DNA of 64,000 nucleotides from Felis catus. Its lineage: Eukaryota. The stretch's first letter is position 1. The number at the start of each line of letters is the position of its first letter. The notes under the pieces are model-generated. The model saw nothing but the letters and a program-made list of their open reading frames with translations, was not told the DNA's origin and did no database searches. Positions 51,608 through 63,101 of this stretch are shown piece by piece. Both the position numbers and the translations under genes were made by a program. The DNA is taken from NCBI RefSeq assembly GCF_018350175.1, contig NC_058373.1:103418001-103482000 (forward strand), read 5' to 3'.

Positions 51608-52615
51608 CTTTTTTTAAATAATAGCTTTATTGAAATATAATTAATATACCTTATAAGTCACTCATTTATAATATACATTTACAAAATTTTATAACCAATA
51701 ATATAATCACTTCTAGAACATTTCATCACCTGAAAAAGAAATGCTATACCCAGTAACGAAACACCCCAGTTTCCTCCAAACCTGTCCCTACCCCCAGCCC
51801 TGGCAACCACCAATTTACATTCTGTTTCTATAGCTTTGCCTGTTTTGGTAATTCCACGTAAATGGAATCATATAATACGTGGTCTCTGTGGCTGGCTGCT
51901 TTCCCACAGCTTAGTGTTTTCAAGGCTCATCCATGTTATAGCGTAAGTCAGTACTTTATTCCTTTTTTTTTTTTAATTTTTTTTCAACGTTTTTTTATTT
52001 ATTTTGGGGACAGAGAGAGACAGAGCATGAACGGGGGAGGGGCAGAGAGAGAGGGAGACACAGAATCGGAAACAGGCTCCAGGCTCTGAGCCATCAGCCC
52101 AGAGCCCGACGCGGGGCTCGAACTCACGGACCGTGAGATCGTGACCTGGCTGAAGTCGGACGCTTAACCGACTGCGCCACCCAGGCGCCCCATTACTTTA
52201 TTCCTTTTTATCTCTGAATATTATTTCATTGTATGGATATACCATATTTTAAATCTATCCATTCATCAGTTGATGGACACTGGAATAGTTTCCAATTTGG
52301 GGCTATTATGAATAATGCTGTTATGAAAATTTATCAATAAACTTTTACATGAACATATGCTTTTATTTCTCTTTGGGGTGTATGTGTACATACACACACA
52401 CACACACACATATATACATACAAGTACATACATATACATGCACACACATACATACTTAGGAGTAGAACTATGGGGCCATAAAGTAATTCTAGGTTTAATC
52501 TTTCCAGGAACTGCCAAACAGTTTTCCAAAGTATCTACAACCACTTTACATTCCCAGTTTCTCTACATCCTTTACCAACGCTTGTGATCTTTTCATTACA
52601 GCCATCCTAGTGAGT
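51608..52615 (-). mobile_element. Old L1 3' end (L1MB-like) containing a young SINE
   Basis: agctttattgaaatataatt..., cccccagccctggcaaccacc, aaatggaatcatata, attcatcagttgatggacac. Confidence 0.88.
51963..52191 (-). mobile_element. Young felid Can-SINE
   Basis: CpG-intact; TSD tactttattcctttt. Confidence 0.97.
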
Positions 52616-53003
52616 GTTGCTAGGTTTTCTTACTGCTTTTTGGCCTCTACAGTTTCTGATAGTTAGCTGTGAGTCTTATGAAGAATCTCTTACATGCAAT
52701 AAGCCATTTTTCTCTTGCTGTTTTCAGATCCCCTCTTTAACTTTTGACAGTTAGATGTATCCGTTTGTTCATCTCTTTAAGTTTATTCTTCTTGAAGTTC
52801 ATTGTGCTTCTTAGATGTACAGATTAATGCCATTGTAAAACTTAAGAAGTTTTAAGCCATAACTTTTTCACACATTCTTTCTGTCCTTTCTCTCTTACCT
52901 CTGCTCTCCTTCTGGGATTCTCATCATGCATGTGTTGGTGGGTTTGATGCTGTTTCACAGATTGCTTAGCCTGTGGTAATTTTTTTAAAGGCAGTGTAAT
53001 TGG

Positions 53004-53357
53004 TTTTTTTAAATATGTAATTTATTGTCAAATTGGTTTCCATACAACACCCAGTGCTCATCCCAACAGGTGCCCTCCTCAATGCCCATCTCCCACCCCC
53101 CCCCCCATCAACCCCCAGTTTATTCTCAGTTTTAAGAGTCTCTTATGGTTTCACTCTCTCCCTCTCTTTTTTTTTCCTTCCCCTCCCCCAGGGGTTCCTG
53201 TTAAGTTTCTCAGGATCCACATAAGAGTGAAAACATATGGTATCTGTCTTTCTCTGCCTGACTTATTTCACTTAGCATAACACTCTGCAGTTCCATCCGT
53301 ATTGCTACAAAAGGCCATATTTCATTCTTTCTCATTGCCAAGTAGCATTCCATTGTG
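53004..53357 (-). mobile_element. Felid L1 3' end inserted in a SINE tail
   Basis: Near-identical to the 3' part of the L1 at 7981-8347. Confidence 0.93.
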
Positions 53358-53568
53358 TTTTTTTAAATGTTTATTTTGAAAGAGGGGTGGGGAGGAGAAA
53401 GTGAGTGGGGGAGGGGCAGAGAGAGAGGAAGAGAGAGAGAGTCTCAAGCAGGCTCCATGCTGTCAGCACAGAGACCAACTCAGGACTCTATCTCACGAAC
53501 CACGAGATCATGACCTGAGCTGAAATTCAGAGTCGTACACTTAACCAACTAGGCCACCCAGGTGCCCC
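53358..53568 (-). mobile_element. Can-SINE
   Basis: Reverse SINE; TSD agc.t.tggtaattttt at ~52968 and 53569. Confidence 0.93.
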
Positions 53569-55687
53569 AGCTTTTGGTAATTTTTAAAAACTTTTTTCTT
53601 TTGTTCCTCAAACTGGGTAATCTCAATTGACCTATCTTCAGGTTCATAGATCCTTTCTTTCACCAGCTTATATCTTCTTTTGAGACCTTTGCATAAATTT
53701 TTCATTTCAGTTATTATACTCTGCAACTCCAGAATTTCTGTTCAATTCTATTTTATAATTTCTATCTCTTTATTGACTCTCCACTTGCTGAGATATTATT
53801 TTCACACTTGCCTTTCATTGTTTGGAAAGGATTTTTCTTGTTCTTGGAACATATTTATGATAGCTGATTTAAAGTTTTTATATAATAAGTCCAACACCCT
53901 GCTAGGGACAAGGGCAGTTGCAATTGACTATTATTTTCCTACAAATGGTCCATATTTTTCTGCTTCTTTGCATACCTTGTAATTCTTTGTTTAAAACTGG
54001 ATATCTCAATTAGTATAATGTGATAACTGGAAATCAGATTCTTTTTTTATTTTCCCACTCCGGAGTTTGGTGTTGTGGGTGCTTTCTGGCCCTTCCCCCT
54101 TCCCCAGTCTCGGCCACCCTACTTTTGCCCTGCTTTATTGTCCAACATCTCTAAATCAAAGATTACTATGTTGATGGGCAGGGTCAATGAGGGGGGCAGC
54201 TGCGGAATGGAACCATTCGATTTGACTTCTGAAACATTTCTTAGTGCCTCTTTTTGGCACTGGGGTTTTAGAAGTAACCATAGGTATTTCTATGGAAGCA
54301 ATAGAAAAACACAGGTTAATAGTTGCAGCAAATTGTAAACCTGATGTTTGAGTCCTGATTGCTGCCGGTGAGAAGATTTTGAGATGTTGGCCTCAAAGTA
54401 TCCTCAGGTGGAGTGGAGGCAGGCAGTGGCAATCTGATGGATTTTTCTAGTTTGTAGTTCAAATGTTCCTGGTGATCCTTTCAAGGGGCCCACAGAGCAA
54501 CAGGCATGAAGACTGTCTATACATGAGCCATTGTGGCAATTTCTCTGAAGTTTAACTCAAGTTGTCTTGCTTCAGTTTGCAAGGCTTCAGGAAAAATAGC
54601 AGTTTTAGTTCCCAATGAGTTCAAGTCAAGAGAATGGGAGAAAATTGGAAACCTTAGTTTGAAGAGTCATAGCCAGATATTCAAGGAAGCCAGAAGAATT
54701 CAGGATCCAACCCAGTTTTATGAGCAAATAACAAACCCTCAAAGACAATCAGAACTAGAATCTAACACCCACAAATGTATGTTTTGAAAGATAATTTCTC
54801 TCTCTAAAATCACCCTCATTTTTATCAAAGATAGCCAAATGAAGACTAGTTTGTAAAAAAAAAAATTACTTTTAACAAACTCGACCTAATTATTTACCTA
54901 AGTGCAGCAATTGGCCATATAGATGCTTTTAAATATGCTTTGCTGCAACTTTTTATAAGAGATTTCAGATTGAACTTTTAAGAGCCTCTCAAGGACAGAA
55001 GCCAACCCAAAGCGTTGCCATCAGATGTGCCTAAAATCCCTGTAGATTTGGGTGAATGCCTCTCTTCTCAAGGTCCCCAAAATAGCCTGAGATTTCTGCA
55101 CCTGACAGGAAGTGACATTCTTTACTCGCCTGGTAAGGCTGTCGAGAACTCTGGAAGCAAGGTATCAGGCCAACATTTCCAAGGGTTTTATTGGTTCCAT
55201 AAAGCCAACCTTAGTTCCTTAAATCTGTCATACCTGGGTCCACACATGTCTCTCTCAAATATGACATTCCAGTCAAAGCCTTGGTAATATAACTCATGTT
55301 TCAATGGTGTCCTGTTATAGGGAGAACAGATTTTCATTGAACTTATGCAAATAACTGGAAGTACCATGAAAGGAAGAACACTCACTGAGAGTTTCTGAAT
55401 TCTGGAGGGTTCAAGCAGGGTGAAAAGATAAATGTTTCTATGTGTTTACAAAGAAATATTTCATCAAATTTCTGTAAGTCATAGATATCTTAAGAGAAAA
55501 CATTTTCTTAAACCTAGAAGAGCAAATATTAGAGAACCAGCCAGTTTTCAAACAAAAGTCATATAAATTATAATCATATTTCTCAATTCATTTTGCCCCA
55601 TGTTACTAATTCTTGTTTGAATGCAGTTTTCCCATTAGTTTTGGGATTTCTTAGCTTAGTTTTATGATCTTAAAGATGTCAGAAACC

Positions 55688-55861
55688 GGGGCACCTGGAT
55701 GACTCAGTCAGTTAAGTGTCTGACTCTTGATTTTGGCTCAGATCATGATCTCATGGTTCATGGGATCGAGCTCCGTATCAGGCTCCAGGCTGACAGTACA
55801 GAGCCTGCTTGGTATTCTCTCTTTCCCTCTCTTTCCACCCATCCCACGCTCACACGCACAT

Positions 55862-55896
<35 letters not shown>

Positions 55897-55919
55897 ATAA
55901 ATAAATAAATATGTTTAAA
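55688..55919 (+). mobile_element. Can-SINE inside the ERV
   Basis: TSD aaagatRtcagaaacc at 55672-55687 and 55920-55935. Confidence 0.96.
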
Positions 55920-57589
55920 AAAGATATCAGAAACCTGTATTTGTCAAAAGTCCTTTTCATGAGTCTCCTTGAAACTGAAACACATTTGCAAGAGCATCAG
56001 AATGAAACAAGAACCATAAATGACAAAACTAAGAAATGGCCATGGTTAACAATCTGATGAGAATTCATTATGATGCAGTTGACGATGATACTAGGTTATG
56101 TTTGTGACACACAACACTTCAATACTCAGAATTACATGTGATGACATTATATCAGGACATATTAAAAGTTTAGGAATTTTATATAATTTCCGGAACAGTT
56201 CTAGTATTTACCCACATGATGTAAGCTAAGAAGGCTTATCATTTTCTTGACAATGCTTCCCAGGTAACTTAACAAACAAAATAAACAAGCCTAATTTGTC
56301 AAAAAGATTTCATTTAGTATTTGAATTTTGGGGAAGTTTGTTAAAACCTCAAAAGGTTCTAAAGCATGTGCCTAAATAGGATTACCGGTTATTATAAAAC
56401 TTAATTTAATTATCTACTTAACCAAGTTGGCAGTAACAGATTTGACAGAAGTTTTTACAGTTGCTAGCAAAACTTAGCTCCCTTAATATTGAGAATTTTT
56501 AACTTTCTTAAAGTAATCAAAGACCTGATAAAGACAAAACATTGAAACTTTTATTTTTCTGGGCAGATAAAGAAAAAGTCTTTGTTTACAATTTCTTTGT
56601 AAGAACAGACCAATAATTCAAGAAAACCTTGTCTTTTACACGGAGAGAAAACCCAAATTCCAATCTTATACCTTCTCTTTTAAAACTCATTCATCCCAAT
56701 CTTAGTCCTGACCACACATAAATTTTTTTCCCAAAGATTCCACTTCACAAACCTTCTAGAACCTTCTTTTTCATTCAGATTTTGTCCAAGTTTGTCCTCT
56801 CTAAATAACCAATCCCATTTCAGGATACAACTACTTTCTTTTCCCTCAACAAAAATGTATTTTCATTTCTTATACCTTTCCTACACATCTCCTACTTTCC
56901 CTACATACAGAGTTGTTTTCCTTATCATATCTAGCAGTCTTAATTACATTTATCAGAATTTTAACTCCTAGAAACCTTAGTTTCCAATGAAAACTAAGTA
57001 GTAACCAATTGTGAACTATGTTGCACCAGAATTCTTTAGATTGAGAAACTCATGAATACATTTTATGATTTCTAGACATGTGTTTTTACATAGTACAACT
57101 TTCAGTAAAGCATAAAATGTTTACTAACAGACCCAAGTATCTTTAGTTTCTCTGTAATAAAACAAAAGCTGACAAACCTATGCTCAGTAGTTAATATTTT
57201 AGTATTTTACCTTATTTGGAAAAGACTTAGATATCCAACGAATTCAACCCAATTTATTGTTTAAATTGGCAAACCTTCAAAGCTCCAGGTTACCAAAGAT
57301 TTTGAAAGCTATTTAAAAGTTTACCTATAAGCCCTTTTAACCTACTTGCTCTTAGCAATCACCCATGAAAACTTCATGAGAGAGACAAAATTAAACATCG
57401 TTTTAAGTTATCTTTGTGCTGACAAGTTGCAACAGATACCATGAGCTTATTTGGCCTTTAGTAAAATTGGTAGAATAAAAGTTTTACATTTCATGCTGGT
57501 AAGTGTAAAGTCATGTTTATTTTAGTTAAACTAACAACTTCGATTAGCTTTAACACCAAATATGTTGCACCTGTGCCTACCAAACCATC

Positions 57590-58041
57590 CGTGTGTTCCC
57601 CGCTGTCAATTTTACCCGGGGCTCCTGTGGGGAAATCTGGGCGGTTTAAGTCCAGAGTAGCCCCCGCACCCCTCCGTTTTGTCTGGGAGGTATTTCAGTC
57701 TGAAGCTTATGAGGAGCTGGTCCTACAGCTTGGGGTGCTTTTTGTTCCTCAATAGTGACGGTAGGGGGGCGCCGATGGTGCTGGAGGCACCAGCGATGAT
57801 GCAGGAGCTGGCTAAGCTAGCTACCCGCCCAGGTGGTGGTACAGGAACAGGGGGAGGGGAGGCAGAGGCAGCTGCTGGCCATGCCGAGACGGATTCCAAG
57901 TTCCCCCTACCATTCCTTTATCTCTGACTCCTATCTGTCCCTCCTGCAAGACAGGCTTTTTCTCTGGTTGCTTTGCAGTCCTCTGAACCATTTATTCAAA
58001 ATCTGTCCTAATGGGCTTTCTTTGGAGACCGGACATGCCAT
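57590..58041 (-). pseudogene. gag: Degenerate retroviral gag 5' remnant (matrix start and Pro-rich late-domain region)
   Basis: ATG at 58041 reads MACPVSKESPLGQILNKW...* (stop at 57931), resembling the class I matrix PLGxILxxW motif; downstream VPPAPSAPPY (57761-57790). Confidence 0.72.
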
Positions 58042-58673
58042 CTCTCTAGCCAAAGATCCCGAAAGGACACAGAAGAAACAAAACTATGACTAAATGAAGC
58101 CTAGAGTACCTCTGTTAGCATTCGTTCGTCCTCAAAAGTCAGGGGCTTCACCAACTAAACCGAACCGCTTCCTAGAACATCCCCTATTTGGAGGCAACTG
58201 AATGGGAGGAAGAAAGCTGAGAGTCGCTAATATTTGGGGAGAGAACAATGAAGGCCTGTAACAAAACAAATCTAACATGGCTGGCCCAAAGATATCCAAA
58301 GCTGCAGCAGCAAACAAACCAAGCGCAACTAAACTGGGTCACAAACAAACAGGTGTGAGCCCAACAACCATTGCCCTCTCCAACACGATCCCCAAGACAA
58401 GTGCAAACAAAATGACTTCTCCCCAAGGAAAAGCCCAAACGGCAGGAGGGTTCCCAGTTGTACACGCTGGAGTGACTTACCCTACTTCCCAGTCTGGCGA
58501 CTGGCAGGGTTTGTGGATTCTGTGTCCAGCCAGCCACAGGCAGGGGCAGCAGGTGCGGCTCCAGGAAGTCAGAGAAGCTTTGGAACACGTGGTCTGGCAG
58601 CTGCTGGAGAGTTAGCTGGAGAATCCCTGGGCGGGGCAGCTGGCCACGACCTACTCAGGGCCAGGCTACCAAA

Positions 58674-59156
58674 TGGTAACCGGGTCCGAGCTTATTCTGC
58701 TCCCCCCCCACCACAGGCCGATAAGGTGAGAGGCAAGATGTTGGAGTCAGGAAAGTGACTATATTCAGAAAGCCAGCAAACCGAGGAGATGGTGGACTGT
58801 TATCCCAAAGAACTATCTCCCCGAGCATGAGATTTGAGCTTTTATGTTAGGAAGAGGTGGAAGGTGGCGGAGGTGGGGGGGAGTTGGAGTCAAAAAGTGA
58901 GGAACATCTCAAGACACTTGAAGAAGGTCGTGTAACTTCTTTGTCCTTGGTCATTTGAGCTTTGCATACAGGAATCTGGTCACGTGGTTCCTGTAAACCT
59001 TGCTCGGTCATTTCTATACACACTTCCTTATCTCCCCAGGCGACGTAGGTTTCGGGTAAGAAGCATTTTTTGCACATCTTAGCTGTAACATGCCTACATG
59101 CAGGACCAGACAGAAGCCTCTAAGTTTCTCAGACATGCTAAGTTCTCCCTGATACA
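58674..59156 (-). mobile_element. ERV1-type 5' LTR (~480 bp)
   Basis: TG...CA termini on the minus strand, followed after TT by a TGG-starting PBS-like site (58654-58671); resembles laurasiatherian ERV1 LTRs. Confidence 0.78.
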
Positions 59157-59636
59157 CAGGGAATATCACTCAGCCATAAAGAATGAACTCTTGCCATTTA
59201 CAACAACATGGATGGTCCTACAAGCTATTATGGATGCTAAGTGAAATAAGTCAGACAAAGAGGTATACCGTATGATTTGGTTTATATGTGGAATCTAAAA
59301 AATGGACAAACAAAAGAGGAATATAGGTTTATAAATCTAGAGAACAAACTGGTGGTTGCCAGGAGGGAGGAAGGGGTGGGGGGCTGGGCAAAATAGGTGA
59401 AGAGACAAAATAGGCAAAAGGGGTGAAGAGGTACAAATTTCCATTATATAATAAATAAATCACAGGGATGAAAAGTATAGGACCTACATAGTCAATAATA
59501 TTGTAAGAGCTTTGAATGGTGACTGATGATAACTACACTTACCATAGTGAGCATTTAGTAATGTATATAAGTCTCCACTCTAGCACACGCCTAAAACTAA
59601 TATAATATTGTATGTCAGCTATACTTCAATAAAAAA
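59152..59636 (+). mobile_element. L1 3' end (L1MA/carnivore-like)
   Basis: cagccataaagaatgaactcttgccatt...gctaagtgaaataagtcagac...atgtcagctatacttcaataaaaaa. Confidence 0.9.
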
Positions 59637-59897
59637 TATTATGTCTAGAGTGCACCTCTCCCCCTTTGGACACGGATGTCAGTTTGCCAAATCAATTGCA
59701 GGTGTCCACTCTTAATGTCCTCCAACCTGACCACTTTGCCATTGGGGAGAAGCAAACTTTTTTTTTTTTATCGTATATAAAGGAGAAATTATGCTTCAAA
59801 AGAGAAAAATGCTTCACCACCTCAACTGTTAATCTTACTGCAACCTTCAATAAAAACAAAATAAAATGGAAATCAATACCTGCATGACGAGGAAAAG

Positions 59898-60008
59898 CAG
59901 CTAGAACCGAGCTGTCCTGGACAAGGGAACTGGTGGATGTTGCTCGAGCCGAAATGCATCGGCTCGGATTTAACATATCGATTAAGCACAGCTCAGTGTC
60001 TTCAGCTG
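59898..60008. repeat. ~110-bp imperfect inverted repeat centred on 59953-59958
   Basis: cgagccga/tcggctcg, atgttg/taacat, gagctgt/acagctc and cagct/agctg are nested symmetrically. Confidence 0.75.
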
Positions 60009-61111
60009 GTAAGAATCAAAGCATAAGGCTAAGCACTAAATTAGCTGTGTGCTTGTACCTCACAGCAGAGCCAAAATGAGGCAGCGTTTTTTTTTATCCC
60101 TGCACCTCCCGTTGCCTGCCAAAAAGAATTCAAAGCAAGGAAAAATATGCCTCCTGTTGTTTGGGGGAGGTACAAGATACATTTAAAAATTGATTTATGC
60201 TTTAATCGCTCTTGAAGCTTCATTATTCCAAGTCTAAGTAGGAAAGACCGTCTGATCCAGCAGACTTATTTGTTAATGCACCAACGGTAGCAACAGATGC
60301 GTTGCTCTTCATCTACGACCTGCTCTGCTGGCTGATTCATCTGCTTCCGTTTTCATTTTCCTGTCATTGATTTATTAATGATGTCTTACTTATCTGTGGT
60401 TCTCTGATGGGGTGGGCTTCCTCTGGCATGGTCTCGAGAGAGACATTCTGGACCTTCCCCCAGCATCAGAAGCCCAGCCCCCTTCTCCGGTGTTCTTTAT
60501 TACCGCTCCAGAGATTAGAGACTTTAATCATTTAGTAACTGAAATAACCTCCATGGCTTGCGGAGTTTATGGCCAATTTGTCTTCAGCACACAGAATTCA
60601 ACTGCTTTTCCTTGCTAAGGAATGGGCCACGGTTACACTGCTTCTTTGCATCGTGGGCAGCGTGCTGTCTGTAGATCCAGGGCACATCATGGATGGCCCT
60701 GGGCAGTTTAGGACCACGAGGCATGACTCAACATGGCCCAGAGAACACATATCTGCATGCCATGAGGCTGTTCACATTTTGAGTTGCTTAGAGAATTGGT
60801 GTGGCTTTTAGCTCCAAGCAGCAAAGACGGGAAGGTAGACAAGAAGATTAAAAGCCTAAGACCATCTGCAGGAAGATCAGTACGGTTGTCTACTCCAAAT
60901 GCCAAATGGATACTTTTTGTTGTCTATGTGACAAAGGAAAAAGAAAAAAACTTGGTATGTTTTGAACCTGGGGACCCCAGAAGACCTAAGATGTGTATTT
61001 GAGGCTCGCAAAGTCTTATTTCACTTGACATTTCAACCGAGGATCTGAAAGGAATTTCTTGTTGTGCAGTGAAGGTTTCTAAAATCCCGTTATGTGTTAG
61101 TAGGTAGGTTG

Positions 61112-61559
61112 GGGAAGTAGACATCAAGATTCTCTGTCCAGATCTCCCTGGAGGACTCAAGCATTCATTCCTCACTTCACACTTTGTCCCAGAGGCTGAC
61201 AGCTCTCGGCTAAGTCCTTTTGCGGGACTGGCTGTGGGCTAAAGAGAGCTGGCCACTTTGCTCAAGGTCATGCTTCCTTCCCAAGGGCAGCCCTTACCAG
61301 GTGACTGATGCAGGGCATAAAGGCCTGGCCCCCATTCCCATTTGAGACCACCCTGCAGGGCCATCCCAGTGCAGAGCTCCGGTGGGATCAGCTGAGGCCT
61401 CTGGTGGGACCCCATCACCATTCATCTTCTCCCTCTGCCCAGTTCAGCCTCCTTTGCTCCCCGCACATGGGTTGAACTTGAGAGCACCTCCACTTCCTCA
61501 TAAGCTTTCTGTGGGCAAATCTCTCAGACTTTGCTTCCCTGGGCACTAGACCTGCAACA
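61112..61559 (+). mobile_element. ERVL 5' LTR (LTR16A-like)
   Basis: ccagatctccc, caaggtcatgcttccttcccaagggcagccc, ataaaggcctggcccc, agggccatcccag; ends acctgcaaca. Confidence 0.85.
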
Positions 61560-63101
61560 GCTGGAACTGAGTGATAAGGCTAAAGTGTGAACGCCAGAGG
61601 GCTTCCTTAACAGCATATGAAGAGACTCGTCTGCAGTTGGAGGGCAGAAAAGCTAAGGAATAGGCCCAGGGTTTAATTCTTAAAGTAGCAGAGCTCCAAA
61701 GAAGTCTGGGTGCCAAAGCCAGGAGTGACACCTTGAGACATGGGGCAGGTATGTCTAGGTTGATGTGCTAGAAAAATGTGGATCCCCATATTCTTGGGAA
61801 CCCTCTGGGCCCACAGATGTGGCCCATTCCTCCCTGTTAAAGGCTAGTGGGTTGGGTTCATGGATGGATCAGCTCAATAGAGAGACACAAGTGAGAAATC
61901 CCTTGTGGGATTCACCTGCCTGTCCACGTTAGGCAGAAAGAGAAGTGCTCTGAGGTGAGAGTACATATGGAGTCCTAGACAGTGGTGAATGCTTGCCTGA
62001 TTGGTCAGGGGCCTAGAAGGGGAAAGAGCAAATGGGGGACAAGGAAGTCTGAGGAGGAGGGGGCCAGCTGGAAGAGAGAATGTCATGTGAGGAAGGGGCG
62101 CCAGCCTCCAGGATGTAGGGTACATCCCGAATCAACAACCATTCAATGGCCATGCCAATTGTAAAGGTCTGGCCTGGCCAGTTCAGAATAACTTTACAGG
62201 GCCATCCAGACCCAAAGCTCACCATGGGATTACCTGAGGCTTTTCTGGTGACCGTATCACAGTTTTTCTTCCAGTCCTGATTCTTCCACTGTTTTTCTGC
62301 CCAGTCCTGCTTCCTTCACTACCGCATAGGCATTGATCTTGAGCATACTCCCCAGGAAACCACCTACATGCAAGCCAACAGAATACACACAGTCTTAGGA
62401 ACCCAGAGGGAGAAGTGGGAGTGGCCCCACTTTCTCTCAATACCAATGACTTAGAAAACATGTAGGTTTTGACCCCATAGCTCTGGGTCCTGTGGTTTAG
62501 AGTTCTCAGGGGGAAATGCTACCACCACAGGACATAGCAAGCAACCCACTAAAACTTGGGCTATGGCTTCCACCTGGTTACTGCAAGCTTCTTATGCCAA
62601 GAAGCCTGCACACGAGGAGAGGAGTCACCATGCTCGCCGGGTAATTGATGCTCATCATCAAGAGGGCATAAGGCTGCTATCACATGACGGGGACAGGAGA
62701 GAACTGCTGTGACACCCAGGTGATCTCCTGCTTCCTGATACTTTCTTGCCCAATTTTGATGGTGAGTGGACAGGTGCAGCATCTGTCATTCAAGAAGTGT
62801 GTGGTGACCAGGAGCTCAAGCCTCTCGGGGAGGAGGGCATGGGCCACCCACCAGGTAAAGCTAGAGAGATGCTAGAGTAGAGAGGTTCTAGAATGGATGA
62901 TGAAAGAGGGGAATGATGAGTATCAGTTATACCCACGCAGAGGCAGGAGTTGTAGTTCGTGCTACCAAGTTTTGTCCCTGAAGTTTTTCCCAGGAAAAAC
63001 TGTCCAGTTTTTCCCAAGTTTGTCCCTTCTGTATCTTGGATGAACTGGCCCCAGAAGATAGTGTAGGAAGTGAGGGGGTGGGAGCAGTGGGAAGCCTGGG
63101 C
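61560..63101 (+). mobile_element. Heavily deleted ERVL internal region (ERV3-16A3/HERV16-like) with gag, RNase H and dUTPase remnants
   Basis: gag-like text at 61575-61850; RNase H-like EVRVHMES.TVVN..WSGA at ~61950-62050; dUTPase-like MLPPQD..PLKLGLWLPPGY.KLLMP..GVTMLAG/VIDAHHQEGI from 62516; CPILMVSGQVQ in ORF 62684-62875. Confidence 0.8.
62080..62405 (+). mobile_element. Third, partial LTR16-like segment inside the ERVL internal region
   Basis: taaaggtctggcc, cagggccatccag, ctgaggcttt and ctgcccagtcctgcttccttc repeat motifs of the 61112-61559 LTR. Confidence 0.7.

Larger units (their letters stand above)
52620..54074 (-). mobile_element. Old L1 5'/ORF1 region, interrupted by a SINE and a young L1
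   Basis: ORF 53541-53726(-) ITEMKNL..GLKRR..LVKERI.EPEDRSIEITQFEEQK resembles the L1 ORF1p coiled coil. Confidence 0.8.
54075..58673 (-). mobile_element. Class I ERV internal region (MER4-group-like, non-autonomous): leader, gag remnant and long AT-rich non-coding part
   Basis: MER4-group-like text (caggaagtgacattctttactc, caaggtatcaggcc...ttttattggttccataa); gag motifs; splice donor G|GTAAGT at 58475-58482(-); adjacent LTR. Confidence 0.82.

Noticed and set aside
5488..55919. tRNA genes suggested by A/B boxes
   Set aside because: All boxes belong to tRNA-derived Can-SINE heads followed by CT-rich bodies and A tails; no cloverleaf.
57755..57775. CTCF-like gtaggggggcgcc
   Set aside because: It has an extra G and lacks the CC start; it is the reverse strand of the gag PSAPP codons.
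58184..58758. Overlapping 80-134 aa ORFs in the ERV leader as accessory genes
   Set aside because: GC-rich leader sequence yields such ORFs by chance; no recognisable motif.
59879..59976. Possible minus-strand exon (MLNPSRCIS...HAG) ending at a CAG|GTATTG donor, and a plus-strand donor at ~60009
   Set aside because: No recognisable peptide, acceptor or partner exon; the palindrome explains the composition better.
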